Of a stretch of DNA of 64,000 nt, positions 27,539 through 41,599 are shown in pieces (the stretch's first letter is position 1; each line of letters begins with the position of its first letter). Source of the DNA: the human T2T-CHM13v2.0 reference genome, Homo sapiens. The translations under genes and the position numbers were made by a program. Under the pieces are notes generated by a model, which had not been told where the DNA came from, did no database searches, and was given only the letters and a program-made list of their open reading frames with translations. The stretch lies in the NCBI RefSeq assembly GCF_009914755.1, contig NC_060927.1. One strand, 5' to 3'.

Positions 27539-30042
27539 GAAAAGTGACTAGGACAGTGGCTGATACAATAAATATTTGCTAGGACTACTATTATTGTTGT
27601 TGCTACTTTTTCTGAAACACAAATAAGACCATGTCACTCTTCTATGTCAAAACTTCACACCAGTTTTCCCTCCTTCCAGAATCAGATGGCCATTCCCAGC
27701 TCCTGCTTCTCCTCATACCTCTCTGCCCTTATTCTGCTGCTCATACCCACACTTCTGTCTCAAAGACCTCTCTGACTGTCTTGAATCTGTCACATTCTGT
27801 CTGACAGTTCTGTGTCTTGTACACACCATCTGAAATGCAATATTCCACCACCAAACTGAATACTGGCCACTGGACACATTTCACCTTACTTGTGAAGACT
27901 CACAAAAGCACTGCCTCTTCCTTAACCCCCTTAGTGGAAATTTCCATCTTGCTAGGTCAACATTATTTTTTAACCACTTCCCTGAAGCTCTTCAGAGCAC
28001 TGTCTCTTCCAGGGCCTAGCAAAGTGTTAGACATCAAACTGATGCTTGAAAATGAAAATGTAAAGTGGTAAAAACTTGAATCTCTTATTTGGTACTAACT
28101 TTTCTTTTCCAGAGAGCTTTGCAACTACAGTTGAGAGAGAAGAGACATTATTAGAGATTTCAAAAGCATTTCTGGTGGAATTTTTTTTTAAATGCACTCA
28201 AAAGAGCAAGATACTCAGCTGCCTAGGGTGCATTCATTCATCAGGACCTCACAGCTCAATCTTACCAAAGTCTTACTAGATCTTACTAAAGCTCCATCTT
28301 GTCTAAAGTCTTCTTTAGACAGATACTAAGGAAGCACTAACCACACCTCTCTCACCCTTCCCAACTCTGGTGTATACTTAAGAAATCTTAGCTCTTCAAC
28401 CCTGACGCAAACTGGCTTCCAGAATGAATAGGCAGAGATCAATTACTACCCAAGATAATTATTTTCAAAAAGACATTCATGAGTATGTGACCAGAGGTAA
28501 CAGATTTAGTTGTGTTAGGTGACTTCTTCAAGAGTGAAGGCTCCACCAAGTACCAGACTTTGGGGCTGCATCTCACTTTGTTTCTTTCTGAGATGTGCGT
28601 CTTTATTCTTTTGTTGTTTCTCTTTGATGTGATCAACGCGAAGAAACATCACCATATGTTTCTTTTTAAAATATGTCTTTTGAAATATCATTTGAATGTT
28701 TTTGTACCCTTTCTTCTAGCCATTTCTCATGGGATTGTTAATTTCCCTCTCTCCTTGTGAAGCCTGTATCTCCAGTTAAAAAGTAAAATCACACACGCAT
28801 GTATTCAGCATACCTTGGTCCATGTCAATTTCTGTTCTAAAGCATGGTATCAAAGACCCTTTGAAATTGCATGTTATAAGGACCGGTTATAAGTGACACT
28901 GTCTTTGTCCTTAATCATGATCCAATCTTCCTGCTCTTCCTGAAGAGCAAGTTCAATAAGATAACTTTATCAATGTGAGTGGATTTTTTTGAATTTCTAC
29001 CAGAGGTGTTTTTAAAAGCTCCAATAATGACCCTTCTATCTCCCAGCTTGAAACATGAACTTGGCTGTCCTTGTTTCTCTGTGGTGATTATGACTTCCTT
29101 ATAGGGATTTTTCTTTCTTCTGCTCACTGAACCTCATGCTAACAGCACATTTCAGGAACCGTGAATTTACAGGCTTAGTCTTTCTCATGCCAACTGGAGG
29201 GAAATCTGGGGACCCACTGACCTGTTGAAAAACCGTATGTTCTTGCTGTCTTAGGTGGAAATCTTTCCCACTGAGCGCTGGGCTCTGTTTTATCACTTCT
29301 TGTGATATGGGCAAGGTACTCACTGGGTAATTGCTCATGCCATTAAAAATTTATGTTGGCCCACGTATCAAGTAGACATTTATTTTTCAGCTGAGAGACG
29401 ACTGGAACATTTTGCAAAGGAAGGAGAGAGAAAAAAGCATGGAATTTAATCAGCAAATATCTTTGCTAGTCCTCTTTCTTTTTGCCAAGAGCATTACATT
29501 TCAAATATTTAATAATCAGTGAGAGTTAGGGAGCAATCAATGAGTATGGTCAACAGCTCTTGATGAAATAGGGTCCTGAAGCCTCCTGTCTTATTAACCC
29601 ATAAGTTACTGGATCATGGGCAGGCCATGGGCATCCCAGGGAAAGGTTGGGTATGTAGAACAGTAGGGAACACTGGAGAGGGATGAGTAGTCCTAGCTAT
29701 CAACTAGTGTGAAGGCATTTTAGTACTCAAAGGTCATTCTTGTGTACATGACTAGTTATTATTCCTGTCTTGGCCCATCTCCCCCCAGGCATGCAGTCAC
29801 CTGCACATCTTTGACGGGTTAGCTTTTGTTTTACTGACTCCATAAAACCTTCCCTAATTCTTAATTGGTCCCTATGCAGTGTCCCCAGAGCACTCTAAAC
29901 ATGACTTTATAGTACTCAAGAGTATAAGCTGAGAACCAGAAGACAATTATAGTACAGAGATGGAAAGAGTGTGGCCTCAGAAGTCCGGCTTGGAAGTCTC
30001 TGGACCTCAGTGTACCCATATGTAAAGTGGGGACATTTATAC

Positions 30043-30456
30043 TGTCCTAGTCTGCTTTTCCCCAAAAGAAGATTCCAAGGCAAGAATTTGGCAGATGATC
30101 CTGGCAAACATGTAAGGGAGTAGGCGAGTCAGGCAAGAAAGGGAAAGAGGCCAGGACAGAGCATGGGGATGAGGAGGCTATCACTCTGGGCATCTAGAGC
30201 TACATCTCACTGGTGACTCACAGGGAATGTCTAGAAAAGCCTCAAAATGGTGGTGAGGAAGCTTCGGTACTCATCTACAACTCTCATGCCTCACTGTTTG
30301 AGGGATACTCCTTGGAGGTTATCTCCCCAGCACTTATACCTAACAATAGCAAGAGACCACTCTCAAGCAGAGAGGCAAAGAGTGCGCCACGTTAGCACGT
30401 ATGCTGAGTATGTTGACCTGTATAGAAAATGCCTGCCAGATGACAGCACCTGCTAC
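30043..30456 (-). mobile_element. LTR33/LTR16-like ERVL LTR
   Basis: tgtcctagt...gatgatcctggcaaaca...gggaaagaggcca...cacctgctaca. Confidence 0.55.
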
Positions 30457-30559
30457 AGATACTTCCCTCCCAGAGTTTCTGTGTTAAAGTATCCAAAGGA
30501 GCCTGCTTGATGTCTAACCTATAGGGCCTTCTAAATATATATTGATGAACAATAAGTGA

Positions 30560-30800
30560 AAAGAGTTAACTTTTTAATCACTCACTGTATGCCAGTCACT
30601 ATGCTGTCTCACAGCTTACTTATTAGGTCGCTCTCACAGCTCACTTATGAGGTCGGTGCTATTTTTATTCCCATTTTACAGATGAGAAACCAGAGGTCCC
30701 CAACTATGCTATTGGTCAAGGTTTATAGGCAATAAATAAGTGGAGTGGTGAATAAACCCAGTTTGTCTGGCTCTGTAGTTCACAGTCATAACTGCTATGC
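30560..30800 (-). mobile_element. MIR
   Basis: cccattttacagatgagaaaccagagg. Confidence 0.75.
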
Positions 30801-32044
30801 ATGCTGACTCTCCATCTGTAACAGAAAAAAAAGGCTGGAAAGATTTTTAAATTCACATAAAAGTTAACTAACTCTAACTCTTGTTTTTACCTTGCTACTG
30901 TGGCAACTTATATGACCCCAGGAACAACCTGACATTTTCTTAATTTAAATCAACTCATTCATTTTTAGTGCACAATGGATACCGCACTTGTCAGACAAAG
31001 ATGCAGTCATTAGTCAAGAACAGTTAGTGAAGGTCTCCTGTGTGCACTGCTTTGTTCTCAGAGCTGTTGAGAGACACAGAAGAAGTGGGGGAGACAGTCC
31101 TATCCATCACAGAGTCTAACCAGACAAGAAAGATGCTCACAATTATCTACCTAGGTGGCAAAGATAAGAACTAAGCATGCACAACTCCGCTAGGCCCCTC
31201 AAGATAGAAGAGTTGGGGACTTCCTTCTCTCCTGCAATGTATTTTCCAGGTTCTAGCTGGTAGAAATGCAGATTTAGAGCAATGTCTTAGGAAAAAGAAG
31301 TCTTAAGGGGAGTGATATATAGAAAAAGGAAGGGACCAAGCTCCCCACTTGCAGAAGGGAAAGTTAGTTATATGTAAACTAGCCTCAAAGCAATTGGAAT
31401 AAAATTGAGACTTTGGGTTTAGAACTGTGTTAAAGTTGACTGAAGCACTCTGAGATTTACCATCAAAGTCTGGCATCGGCCCCATAATATCCACCCCACC
31501 AGTGTGTTTAAACATTAAATAAAAAGTAAATGAGCAAAATGGTATACAATATTTATACATATTATATCTCTTTCTTTGCATGCACTTGTGAGTAGTGATT
31601 CATTGTAAGTATTGCAGAGTTAAATTGTTGAGTATTACTATTGCAGATTTGAATTGTGGGTATTGCTAGTGTTTAATGTAGGGCTTCAAGCTATGGGTTT
31701 CAAACTTTGCTGTACATTCAGATCATTGGGATACGTGTTGAAGTGGAAGTTACCAGAGCCTACCACCACCGCTAACATTCTGATTCTATTGAAGCAACCT
31801 CGTTCAGATGAGTTGTGGACCACACTTTGAGAATTAAGCTACATACAGCTAATAATCTTGAAATAAGTGCTTACCCATGGAAAAACAAAATATATTTAAA
31901 AGGAGATATTTAAAAATGGGAGTATATTAGAGTCCAACATAAGTACCTAGAGGAGAGTAATATGAAAGTATGCAAGTGGGTGGGCAAACACGGACAGGGC
32001 CATTGGGCTACAAGATTTTATTGTAAATACAAAGTCTTTATTGG

Positions 32045-32359
32045 TTTTTTTTTTTTCTTTTTTGAGACAGGATCTTGCTCTATTACCCAGGCTGGAATGC
32101 AGTGGTATGGTCACAGCTTATTGCAGCATCAATCTCCCAGGCTGAAGTGATCCTCCTGCCTCAACCTCTCAAGTAGCTGGGACTACAGGCATGCGCCACC
32201 ATGCTTGATTTTTTTAAATTTTTTTGTAGAGACAGGATCTCCCTATGTTACCTAGGCTAGTCTTGAACTCCTGTGCTCAAGTGGGCTCTTGAACTCCTGG
32301 GCTCCCGCCTCGGCCTCCCAAAGTGCTGGGATTATATGCATGAAACACTGCACCTGGCC
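32045..32359 (-). mobile_element. AluJ, antisense
   Basis: tttgagacaggatcttgctc...cactgcacctggcc; flanking repeat aaagtctttat at 32031 and 32363. Confidence 0.92.
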
Positions 32360-32872
32360 AATAAAGTCTTTATATATCAGCCTCCATAATTCTCAAGGCA
32401 AGTTCAATGCATCCTTTAATCTGATGCAAATGGTAGGCAGCAAGTAAGATAAGCTTGAGTTGAATTCCAGATTTGTTAAATAATGACTATTAGGCCTGAA
32501 GCAAATTATGTGGCCTCTCTGGGCCTCAGTTTCCTCTGCTGAGAAAGGAGAAATAAGACCTAGCTGGCAGGATTATTTTAAGGATAATGATAACTCTTAT
32601 TGCTATGTGTGGCCAAGCCCTCAGTACATTTTATGATAATTTGGGGGAAGAATCCTCTCTCAGGAAAGTAAAAGAACTCTTGCCTATTAATGTGGATATT
32701 AAATGTACACAATGCCTATGTAAAGTTCTTAGCGAACATAGAGATATTCTCAATGTAGCTGGGCATCTGTCCTCAACAATGCAAACTGTCCTGCTGTGCA
32801 CTGCAGAAAGCATAGAAGGTGTGAATGTACCTCAGAGGTCAAAGCATTTTGCTAATTAGAAATGAGTATTTC

Positions 32873-33222
<350 letters not shown>

Positions 33223-34059
33223 CTATAAACCCTGTAAGTTTGATTACATGCGTCTCAATCCCATAGACATTAACCCTACTCTAGACAAAGAATCTGCCAC
33301 TTGATTGCTTCCAAATAAACTGACATAACCTGAAGAAAGGTACCTACCTCAGTGTAGCTGCAGATAGGAGGAAAAACTGATATGTAGGTAACCATGTCCC
33401 ATTAAGGTACCAGTAATTTAACTCTGGTGGACCTAGGGAGGTACATGGCAAGTCAATGTGAGGTATATTTTTTGAAGGGAGACAATGCCAGGAGGCATGT
33501 CCTTAGAGAGCGAGTTATAAAGTGCCCCCGGATTTGTGGAAAAGCAAGTGGTATGAGAGGCTATAAGATATAAAGGAGGCAATGGTATGTATAGGTCAGC
33601 TCTGAGCCCTATTGTGAAAGACCCTCTATAGCAAATGTGGGTGACTCTGTTCTTTCCTGGAAGAAAGTTGATCTAGAGATAAAGGTTTTTTAAGAAAAAT
33701 TTTAAGTAGGAAAAGTGGGAGAATGAGCTGCCTTTACTAGGGTGAGGTTAAGCAAGGAGCTTTCAGAAGTGTTCTAGGGAAAGACTAAGGATGTGCTTCT
33801 TCTGATTCTGAGGATTCATGTGCTGTGTTGCGTCATTTGGTGAATTTTAAAATAAGTGACATTAAATAAATTCCACATTCCTTGGGGAGAGAAAAGAAAG
33901 AGCTAACATTTATTTTCCTACTATTTAAAATTACTTATATGGTCTTGTTCAATACTCCTAACAATTTTAAGCTGTGTGTTTTTCTGGAATTCCCGTTTTG
34001 CAAATAAGGAAAGAAGTAACAAGAGGTGAAGAATGAGTATCTTTTCAGCATATCCAATG

Positions 34060-34710
34060 AGTCATCCATTCACCCAATGGATATTCATTGAACAACTACT
34101 CTATGCCAAGTTGTATTGTAAATACTGAGGATGCAACCTTGGACATGAGGTTTCTGATCATATGGAGGATAATATTTGAGTGTACAAAACAGTGATAAAC
34201 TAATAAATAAATAAAGAGATAGCCATAGGTGCTGTGAGGAAAACAAAATAAGGTGATGTGATACCAAAGGATACTTTGGATTGGAAGGCCAGGCTCCTTT
34301 ATGAACATGACGGTTGATTTGACATGTGGGTAACAAGAAGCCAGCCATACTGATCTGGGGACAGAATGAACTTGTTGGAAGGAACAGAAAGCAACAGAGG
34401 AGCAGAACCCTCGAGGCCTGGCATGTCCTAGGGAGTGGAAGTGAAAGAAGCCAATGTGATTGACAGTAGAAGGTGAATAGGAGGTAGGAGGACAGGTCAC
34501 AAACTCAGAGATAGACAAAGGCCAGTCTGTCTTGGGCCTGGAGAAGAGTTTGGGTTTTATTAAAAGGACAATAGAAAGCCGTGTAGTGATTATAATTAGG
34601 GAAGCAATATGATCTCAGTTAAATCTGTGGTTTTGAGGATGGAGGTTGAGCTATGGGGGTGAAAGCAACTGCAAGAAAGCCAGTTAGGCCAGTTGGTTTT
34701 ATTATTCCAG
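34060..34710 (-). mobile_element. L2 fragment
   Basis: cattcacccaatggatattcattgaacaactactctatgcca...gaagccagccat...gtttgggttttat. Confidence 0.75.
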
Positions 34711-35699
34711 ATGAGAGATAGATATAGATAGATATGATTATGTATCTGTATCTATGTATATATGTTATATATATTGTTATATATTGTATATGGAATACTA
34801 TATTATTTAGGAATATTATAAAACACGCAAAATGGACATTAAAAATTGTCAACTAAAGAGAAAACACACTCTACATGATTTATCACATTAAAAGAAAAAA
34901 GTGTGCTTAATGTGTTACTATTGAAAGTGCTATTAATATTTTAGTGAGATTAATATAATTGAATATGCTTCTGTTAAAAAAAATTTGGCTTCACACTTTT
35001 TGATGCAAAGATTCAAAGATCTGATTCTATAATTAGTTTATTTCCAGAATAGTTTTGAATAGTTGTCACAACTGAGAAAGCATCTCCTAAAGAAACAATC
35101 TGTAAATATAAAATAAAGACTTATGGTAAGGTGCATTTAACAAGAGTGGAGCAATCTGTGTCTCCAATTTCTGATACATACGTGGGTTTGTTTTTTGGTA
35201 GACTTTGTCAGGTCTTGTTGGACAGAATATACTCTTCAATGAGGCTGGAGAAGAAATGAGAGAAGTGGAGGCTCTGCCACTTCTAATTGTTCACTTGTGC
35301 CAGTAGTAATATTTTCTTATTTCCAAGGTTCCACTGTGGCTATCTTCTAAAAATCCATTCCTTCATACTGTGGGGATTAATTTATACTGGATAATATCAA
35401 TACTGTGAGTAGAATATGTGTCAATACCCATAAAGTGTGAGAGTATGTTTCTTCCAATGCTCAGAGCTGTAAGAACCATGGAGTAGAAATTACATCACTC
35501 TAAACCCCTGATTGTAAAGATAATCAAAGAAAGGGAGGCTAGATAGGGGATATGGCTTGGTACATCCTCCATGCATTCCTTTATTCAGTTTTGTGCCAGG
35601 CACAGTTCTTAGAACTGGAATACAATAGTAAATAAAACAGAAAATAAAATGTGCCTGGTATTAGTATGTGTGTATAATTTCCTCATTAAACTCCTTTTC

Positions 35700-36244
35700 T
35701 GATTTAGCCTCTAAAATGGTGTTGAGTGCTCCTTACCTCCTGGGATGCATGCCCATGTGCATTCCCTTCTTTTTGTGTGTCTGCCAAAGCTAGTGACTCA
35801 TTCTTAACAAATGAAATAGACAAAGGTGGTAGGATGTTCCTTTCTGAAATTAGGTTACAAAAAGACTGTGGTGTCTGTCTTTGGTGCTTTCTCTTATACT
35901 GTTTCTTGCTTGCTTTGAAAGAAGTTAGCTGCCAGATTGTGACTTGCCCTATGGAGAGATCTGCATGGCAAGGAACTGAGGCACTTATTCCAATAGGCGT
36001 GGGAAACTATATCCTGCCAACAACCACATGGTGAGCTTGCAAGTCAATCTTTCCCCATTTGTTCCATGAAATGAAACTTAGACCTCACTGACACCTTGAC
36101 TATAACCATAAAAGAGACTGTGAACCAGAGAACCCAACTAAAATGTGTCCAGATTTTTAATCTCCAGAAAATGAGAGAAGATAAGTGCTTGTTGAGTCAC
36201 TATGTGTTGGGGTAATTTGTTACACAGCAGTCAATAACTAATAT
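35700..36244 (+). mobile_element. MLT1F/E2-like solo LTR
   Basis: ttaggttacaaaaagactgtgg, ccctatggagag...catggcaaggaactgagg, taatttgttacacagcagtcaataactaata. Confidence 0.8.
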
Positions 36245-37306
36245 GCCTTCATTTAAGTTAACTGTCTTTAATGCATACACTCAGGAGAATTAGAGCTTAT
36301 CAGTGAAATGTTCCTTAAGGAGTTTCTCAACTCACCTACTGAAAGTACCTGGCCATATCTATTAGATTCATCAAGTTGGAGAAGTATGCAGTGTAAATAG
36401 GTTGAGGGACCTCATCAGTTCTAATACCACAAGTCCCTAAGTTTCTGGGAGATAGATCTGTTGATAATAGCTTTATTCTGTCATTCACGTTATACATACC
36501 TTTTCCTTTTGAAATAAGTTGGAAAAATTAATTTCAAGAAATTTAAACACAAAAGATTTAAATTCACACTCAAAGTCAAGATAAACATCAAATCCTCCCA
36601 AAATATCAGAAGGTACTTAAGGAAGTTCAGGAATTTGTGATTCTTCCAATTGTTGTGGCAGTAGCCCTTGTTTTCCCAGAGGGCCTTTCTGCTGTCTTAA
36701 TTTTTGCTTTTACAGAAACCATAGAAAACATTTATATTGCTTATCTTTTGGAGCAAACCAAGAGAATCGCTGATGCCACTGCATGGAAGTTAATGGCATG
36801 GATTAATAATTCATGTTCACAAACTCTGTTCACATGTAAGAGTCAAGCTGAAAAGTTGAAGTACTTAAATACTGAATTTTTCCCCAGCAATTAAAAAGTA
36901 GCTGACAGAAGCTGTAACTTAAGGTGCCTTTAACATATTAAGACATAAATGAATGTGTAAGGGCACATATATAAACAAATACAGTAAATGTGTATTTATT
37001 TACATACCACATCTTATAGAAGTTGAGATAAACTTTAAAGTTCTTCAAAGAGTCAAAGGATGAGATAAAATATGGATTTTAAATACTGCTTCTTGAACTG
37101 ACTCTGATCTTAGAATATATTTCATTTTGCTCTAAAAGTAGAAAAGAACAAGTAAAATGTCATGAGTTTTCATAATTTTTTGGTTCCTTCTATTTCCCCT
37201 TGTTTTATTTGTATTTAAGTGTTTTTGCTTCCCAAGAAATGATGGTAATGATAATGGCGATGATGGTGATAAAAGGTAGGAAGACTATTTTATTTGTTTC
37301 TATCTC

Positions 37307-39728
37307 TGCTATGATTTGAATATGACTTGTCCTCAGCAAAACTGAGGACAAGTTTTGCTGTTGAGGCTTGGTCTCCAATGTGGCAGTGTTGGGAGATGAT
37401 ACCATTGAGAGGCAATTGGGTCATAAAGCGTACTCCTTTATGAAGGGATTAATGCAGTCACTGGGAGAGTGAGTGAGTTTTTGCTTTCCTGGACTGGATT
37501 ATTTGCCAGAAAAGTGGGGTGCTATACAGCAAGTCTGCCTCACAAGTTTGTTCTCTCTGCACACACCTGCTTCTTTCACTTCTCTGCCATGTTGACACAG
37601 CACAAGACCCTCCCCAGAAGCAGAGCAGATGTTGGCACCATGCTTCTTGGACTTCCCAGCCACCAGAATGATGAGACAAATAAGGCTGTTTTTTAAAATA
37701 ATTTATGCAGCCTCAGGTATTCTACTACAGCAACACCAAAGAAACTAAGAAAATGGATGCTGGGAAGTGGAGTTGTTGCTATACCTGAAAATGTAGAAGT
37801 AGCTCTGGAACTGGGTACCTGGCAGAGATTTAAAGAGTTTGAAGGAGCAGACTAGAAAAAGCCTAGATTCTTGTGAGGACATAGAAGACGAGAATACTAG
37901 GGAAAGTTTGGAACTTCTTAGAGATTAGTTAAGTTGTGGTGACTGAAATGTAGATAGGAATATAGACAGTGAAGGTCATTCTAATGAAGTCTTAGATAAA
38001 AATAAGGAGTATCTTATTGGGATTTGAAGTAAAATACAGTTGTGAAGAACTTGGCACCATTGCCTCCCTGTCCTAGGGCTTTATGGAAGGCAGAACGTAA
38101 GAGTGATGAATTAGGATTTCTGGAAGAGATTTCTAAGCAAAATATAGAAGGAACTGTGTGGCTACTTTTGGCTGCTTAAGCTGAGATTCAGGAGCAAAAG
38201 AGTAATTTAAAGACAAGGTTTATAATTAAAAGGAAAGCAGAGTCTGAAAATTTGGAAAATTTGCAGACTTAACCATGTAAATAGTAAAAACGCATGTCCT
38301 GAAGAGAATGCTGAGGGTGGGTGTGGCCCAGCAACAAGTTGCTAGATATTAGCATGGATAAAAGGGATTCAGTTGTTGTGCATCAGGACAATGGGAAAAA
38401 GGCCCAGAGACCTAGGAGAACAAAATGGTTTCAGGGGACAGGTTTGGAATGTTCTCCATGAATCTGCTGCCCAGGACCACCTCTAGTTGCTGCTCCTCAC
38501 GTCCAACTCACATCCAAGACACTTCAGTCTTGGCTCAAGTGGTCCCAGGTGTGACTCAGGCCACTGCTCCAGAGGGCACAAGTGTAGGCCTTGTTGCCAT
38601 TCACTACCAAGTGGTGCTAACTCTGCACATGTGCAGAATGCAAGAGAAGTGCAGGCATAGCACTTCTGTCCAAATTTCAAAGGATGTATCCGGAAGACTG
38701 GGGGCCCAGGCAGAGACTTGTGGCTGGGGCAGAGCCACCCCAGAGAGCCTTCACTAAAACAATGCTGAATGGATATGTGAGGCTGAAGCCAGAGTCACCC
38801 TCACAACCCCAGAATTGTAGAGCTCTTGGCAGCCTGTAATGCTAGTCTGAGAAAACCACAGGCTCTAGTGTACAACCCTAACCTTTGAGAGCAGCCATAT
38901 GGGCTGCACCCAGCAAAGCCACAGGGGAGGAGCTGTCTGATTCCTAGGGGATCCACACTTGTAGCAATGTGTCCAGAAGGTGGCACATGGAGTGAAAGAT
39001 TATTCTGGAGCTTTAAGAGCTAATGTTTGCCCTGCTGGGTTTTGGACTTACTTTGTTCCAGTTGCTCCTTTCTTTATTCCTATCTTTCCTTTTTGAAATG
39101 GGAATATTTACCCTATGCCTGTTTCATGTTCATATTTTGGAATTAGATAACTTATTTTTCATTTCACAGGCCCACACCTGGACTTTGGACCCTTTGGGTT
39201 GATGCTAGACCATGTTAAGACTTTGGGGACTATTCAGATGGAATAACTGTATTTTGCACTGTGAGGAGAATGTGAATTTCCTCACAGTGGAGGGCAAGGG
39301 GCAGAATGCAACGGTTTGGATATGGTTTGTCTCCATCAAAACTCAAGTTAAAGTTTGCTCCCTAATGTGACAGTGTTGGGAGGTGGTGCTTTAAAAGACG
39401 TTTGAGTCATGAGGGATCTACTCTCATGAAGGGATTAACAGTCTCACAGGAGTGAGTGAGTCCTCACTTCTACAGGACTGAATTCATTTCTGCAGAGCAA
39501 ATTAAGGCTGGCCCTCGTATTTGCTCTCTTTACACATTCCTGCTTCATCTTCCGCTTCTCCATGACATTGTAATGCAGCATGAGGCCCCCGCCAACAGGC
39601 AAGCAGATGCTGGTGTGTTACTTCTTAGACTTCCCACTCCCCAGAATCATGACAGAAATTATCTCTTTTCTTTATGAATTACCCAGCCTTGGATGTTCTG
39701 TTATTACAACATTAAGCTGACTAACACA
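37307..39728 (+). mobile_element. MST (MSTB-like) MaLR provirus: 5' LTR 37307-37750, internal 37751-39306, 3' LTR 39307-39728
   Basis: Two homologous LTRs. MaLR-internal motifs (ctctggaactgggta, ggaaagtttggaacttcttagaga, attattctggagctttaag). Purine tract gtggagggcaaggggcagaa precedes the 3' LTR. Confidence 0.88.
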
Positions 39729-39825
39729 GTGTTATGGGTCATATAAAAAGTTGGTTGTCTATTTCAGATGCTCCTCCTCACTATTTTTTGTTCCACATTC
39801 TGGAAACCACTGATCTAGTAAGGTC

Positions 39826-39864
<39 letters not shown>

Positions 39865-39868
39865 TTTT
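39826..39868. repeat. (TTTA)n microsatellite
   Basis: Read directly from the sequence. Confidence 0.95.
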
Positions 39869-41599
39869 TGGAAGAAGACACTACTACATAGACTGTGTAT
39901 CAAATGACACTTTTTACATAGATGGTGACAGGGTGATAGATGTCACTAATACCAACACCGTCCACAACAAGTAGTAATTCTTACTTAACTCTTTTTGGTT
40001 ATCTGCCCTGTGCAGGTGTTGCTTTGAATACTTCAACTGGTTAAATTCATTTAATAACCACTCTGTGAGGGAGATACATCTACCCTCCTCAGAGTATTAA
40101 AGTGCCTCTATGGATACATATTTTTAAAAACGTATTTGACTGTGGTTCACCATAAGAAATATATTTTACAACATGACCCAAATACACACATCAGAAGAAA
40201 AGTATTTTCTCTTCTTTTTCATTTTAAAAAATTTTTTATGAACTAGAAAATGTTATCCCTTTCTTCTCCTTCCGTTTCCTCCCCCTCCACTGATATCACC
40301 ATATGTTGAAACCAGTTTACATCATCTAATTTAGTATCCACAGTATCCTTGGGATACACATTGTTATTTCCATTTTACAAGTGTAGCTCTGAATACTAAT
40401 TTAAATCTCACACAAGTACTGACCAGCTAATAGGAGGCAGTGTTAGGATTTAGACCCAGATCTGTCCATTTCAAAACACTGGTTCTTTCATCCTGCATTG
40501 TAAAGCCATGACAGACATGACATCTATCTGTAAGGGTGGTGCTTCAGGTGACTACGTAGCTTGTGTGTAATGTTCCTGTGATTTAGTCAGATTCTTTAAG
40601 TAGACGATATGGTTGCACAGTAGCATGACTCATCATTTTGTGTGTATGCATAATATTGCTTACAATACAATATTATACATTGATTAATTTATTAGGTATA
40701 TATAGTATGAATATATGCTCTTCATATATTCATATAATGAGGTCACAGCTTTCTTAAATTTAAGCTTTACTTAAAGTTATAGCAAAGAATGCACAACCTT
40801 CAGGACAAAATACAGGCAGCAGAAAACAGCATATTATAAATAATAAATATATGACATATAACAGATTCATTAATTTATGATATTATATACCATATAATAT
40901 TAAATGGAGCATAACACTATATACTCCATATTATTAATTAAAATATGTATATACCCTCTAAAATTATATACCCTATAAAATTAACAGGTGAAAATCTGAC
41001 AAAAATATGCTGAAATCCATCCTAACTAAAAATTCTCGAACACTTATACAATTATAACAGAAAAGATATCAATTGAATTTTAAAATCCAAGTTTACATAA
41101 CTGATAAACTGCCCATTGGAATTTAGTATACAAAAGTTATACATGAAAGATAATATAATACAAATTTATTATTTTTCTTTTTTCTGAACCATTTTATTTC
41201 CCAGTGTTTTTTACCTTTGGGGTAACATAGCCATCTGGCACTTAAACGTCACTTAAAAATAAAGTTATAGCACAAAATGTATAGGCTTTAGGGCAAAATA
41301 TGAGCTACACACAAGAACAGTCTGAAATATATGAACTGAAGAGGCACACATTATTCTCCTTTAAACCTCCCCCCGGGGCATACATAAGCATAGCACCATT
41401 TCAGATTCATCCAGAATGGGATGCAATTCAAATGTTCTCCATGTGATATTCTCTAACTGGAAACTGACTTCTTGAGTAAATGGTTGCACTTGTGTTAGCC
41501 TGAAACTATAATGTTGAAATATCACTTGTTGTAGCATATTTATTGTGATTTGAGTGGGGAAAAATGGTATCCCCTTAGTGCCCCTCGATATAAAAGAAA

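Noticed and set aside
34096-34518. Longest ORF in the track (140 aa)
   Set aside because: It lies in a decayed L2 and shows no recognisable domain or splice context.
38425-38757. 110-aa ORF in the MST internal region as a retroviral gene
   Set aside because: It is short, has no gag/pol motifs, and sits in a decayed MaLR internal sequence.
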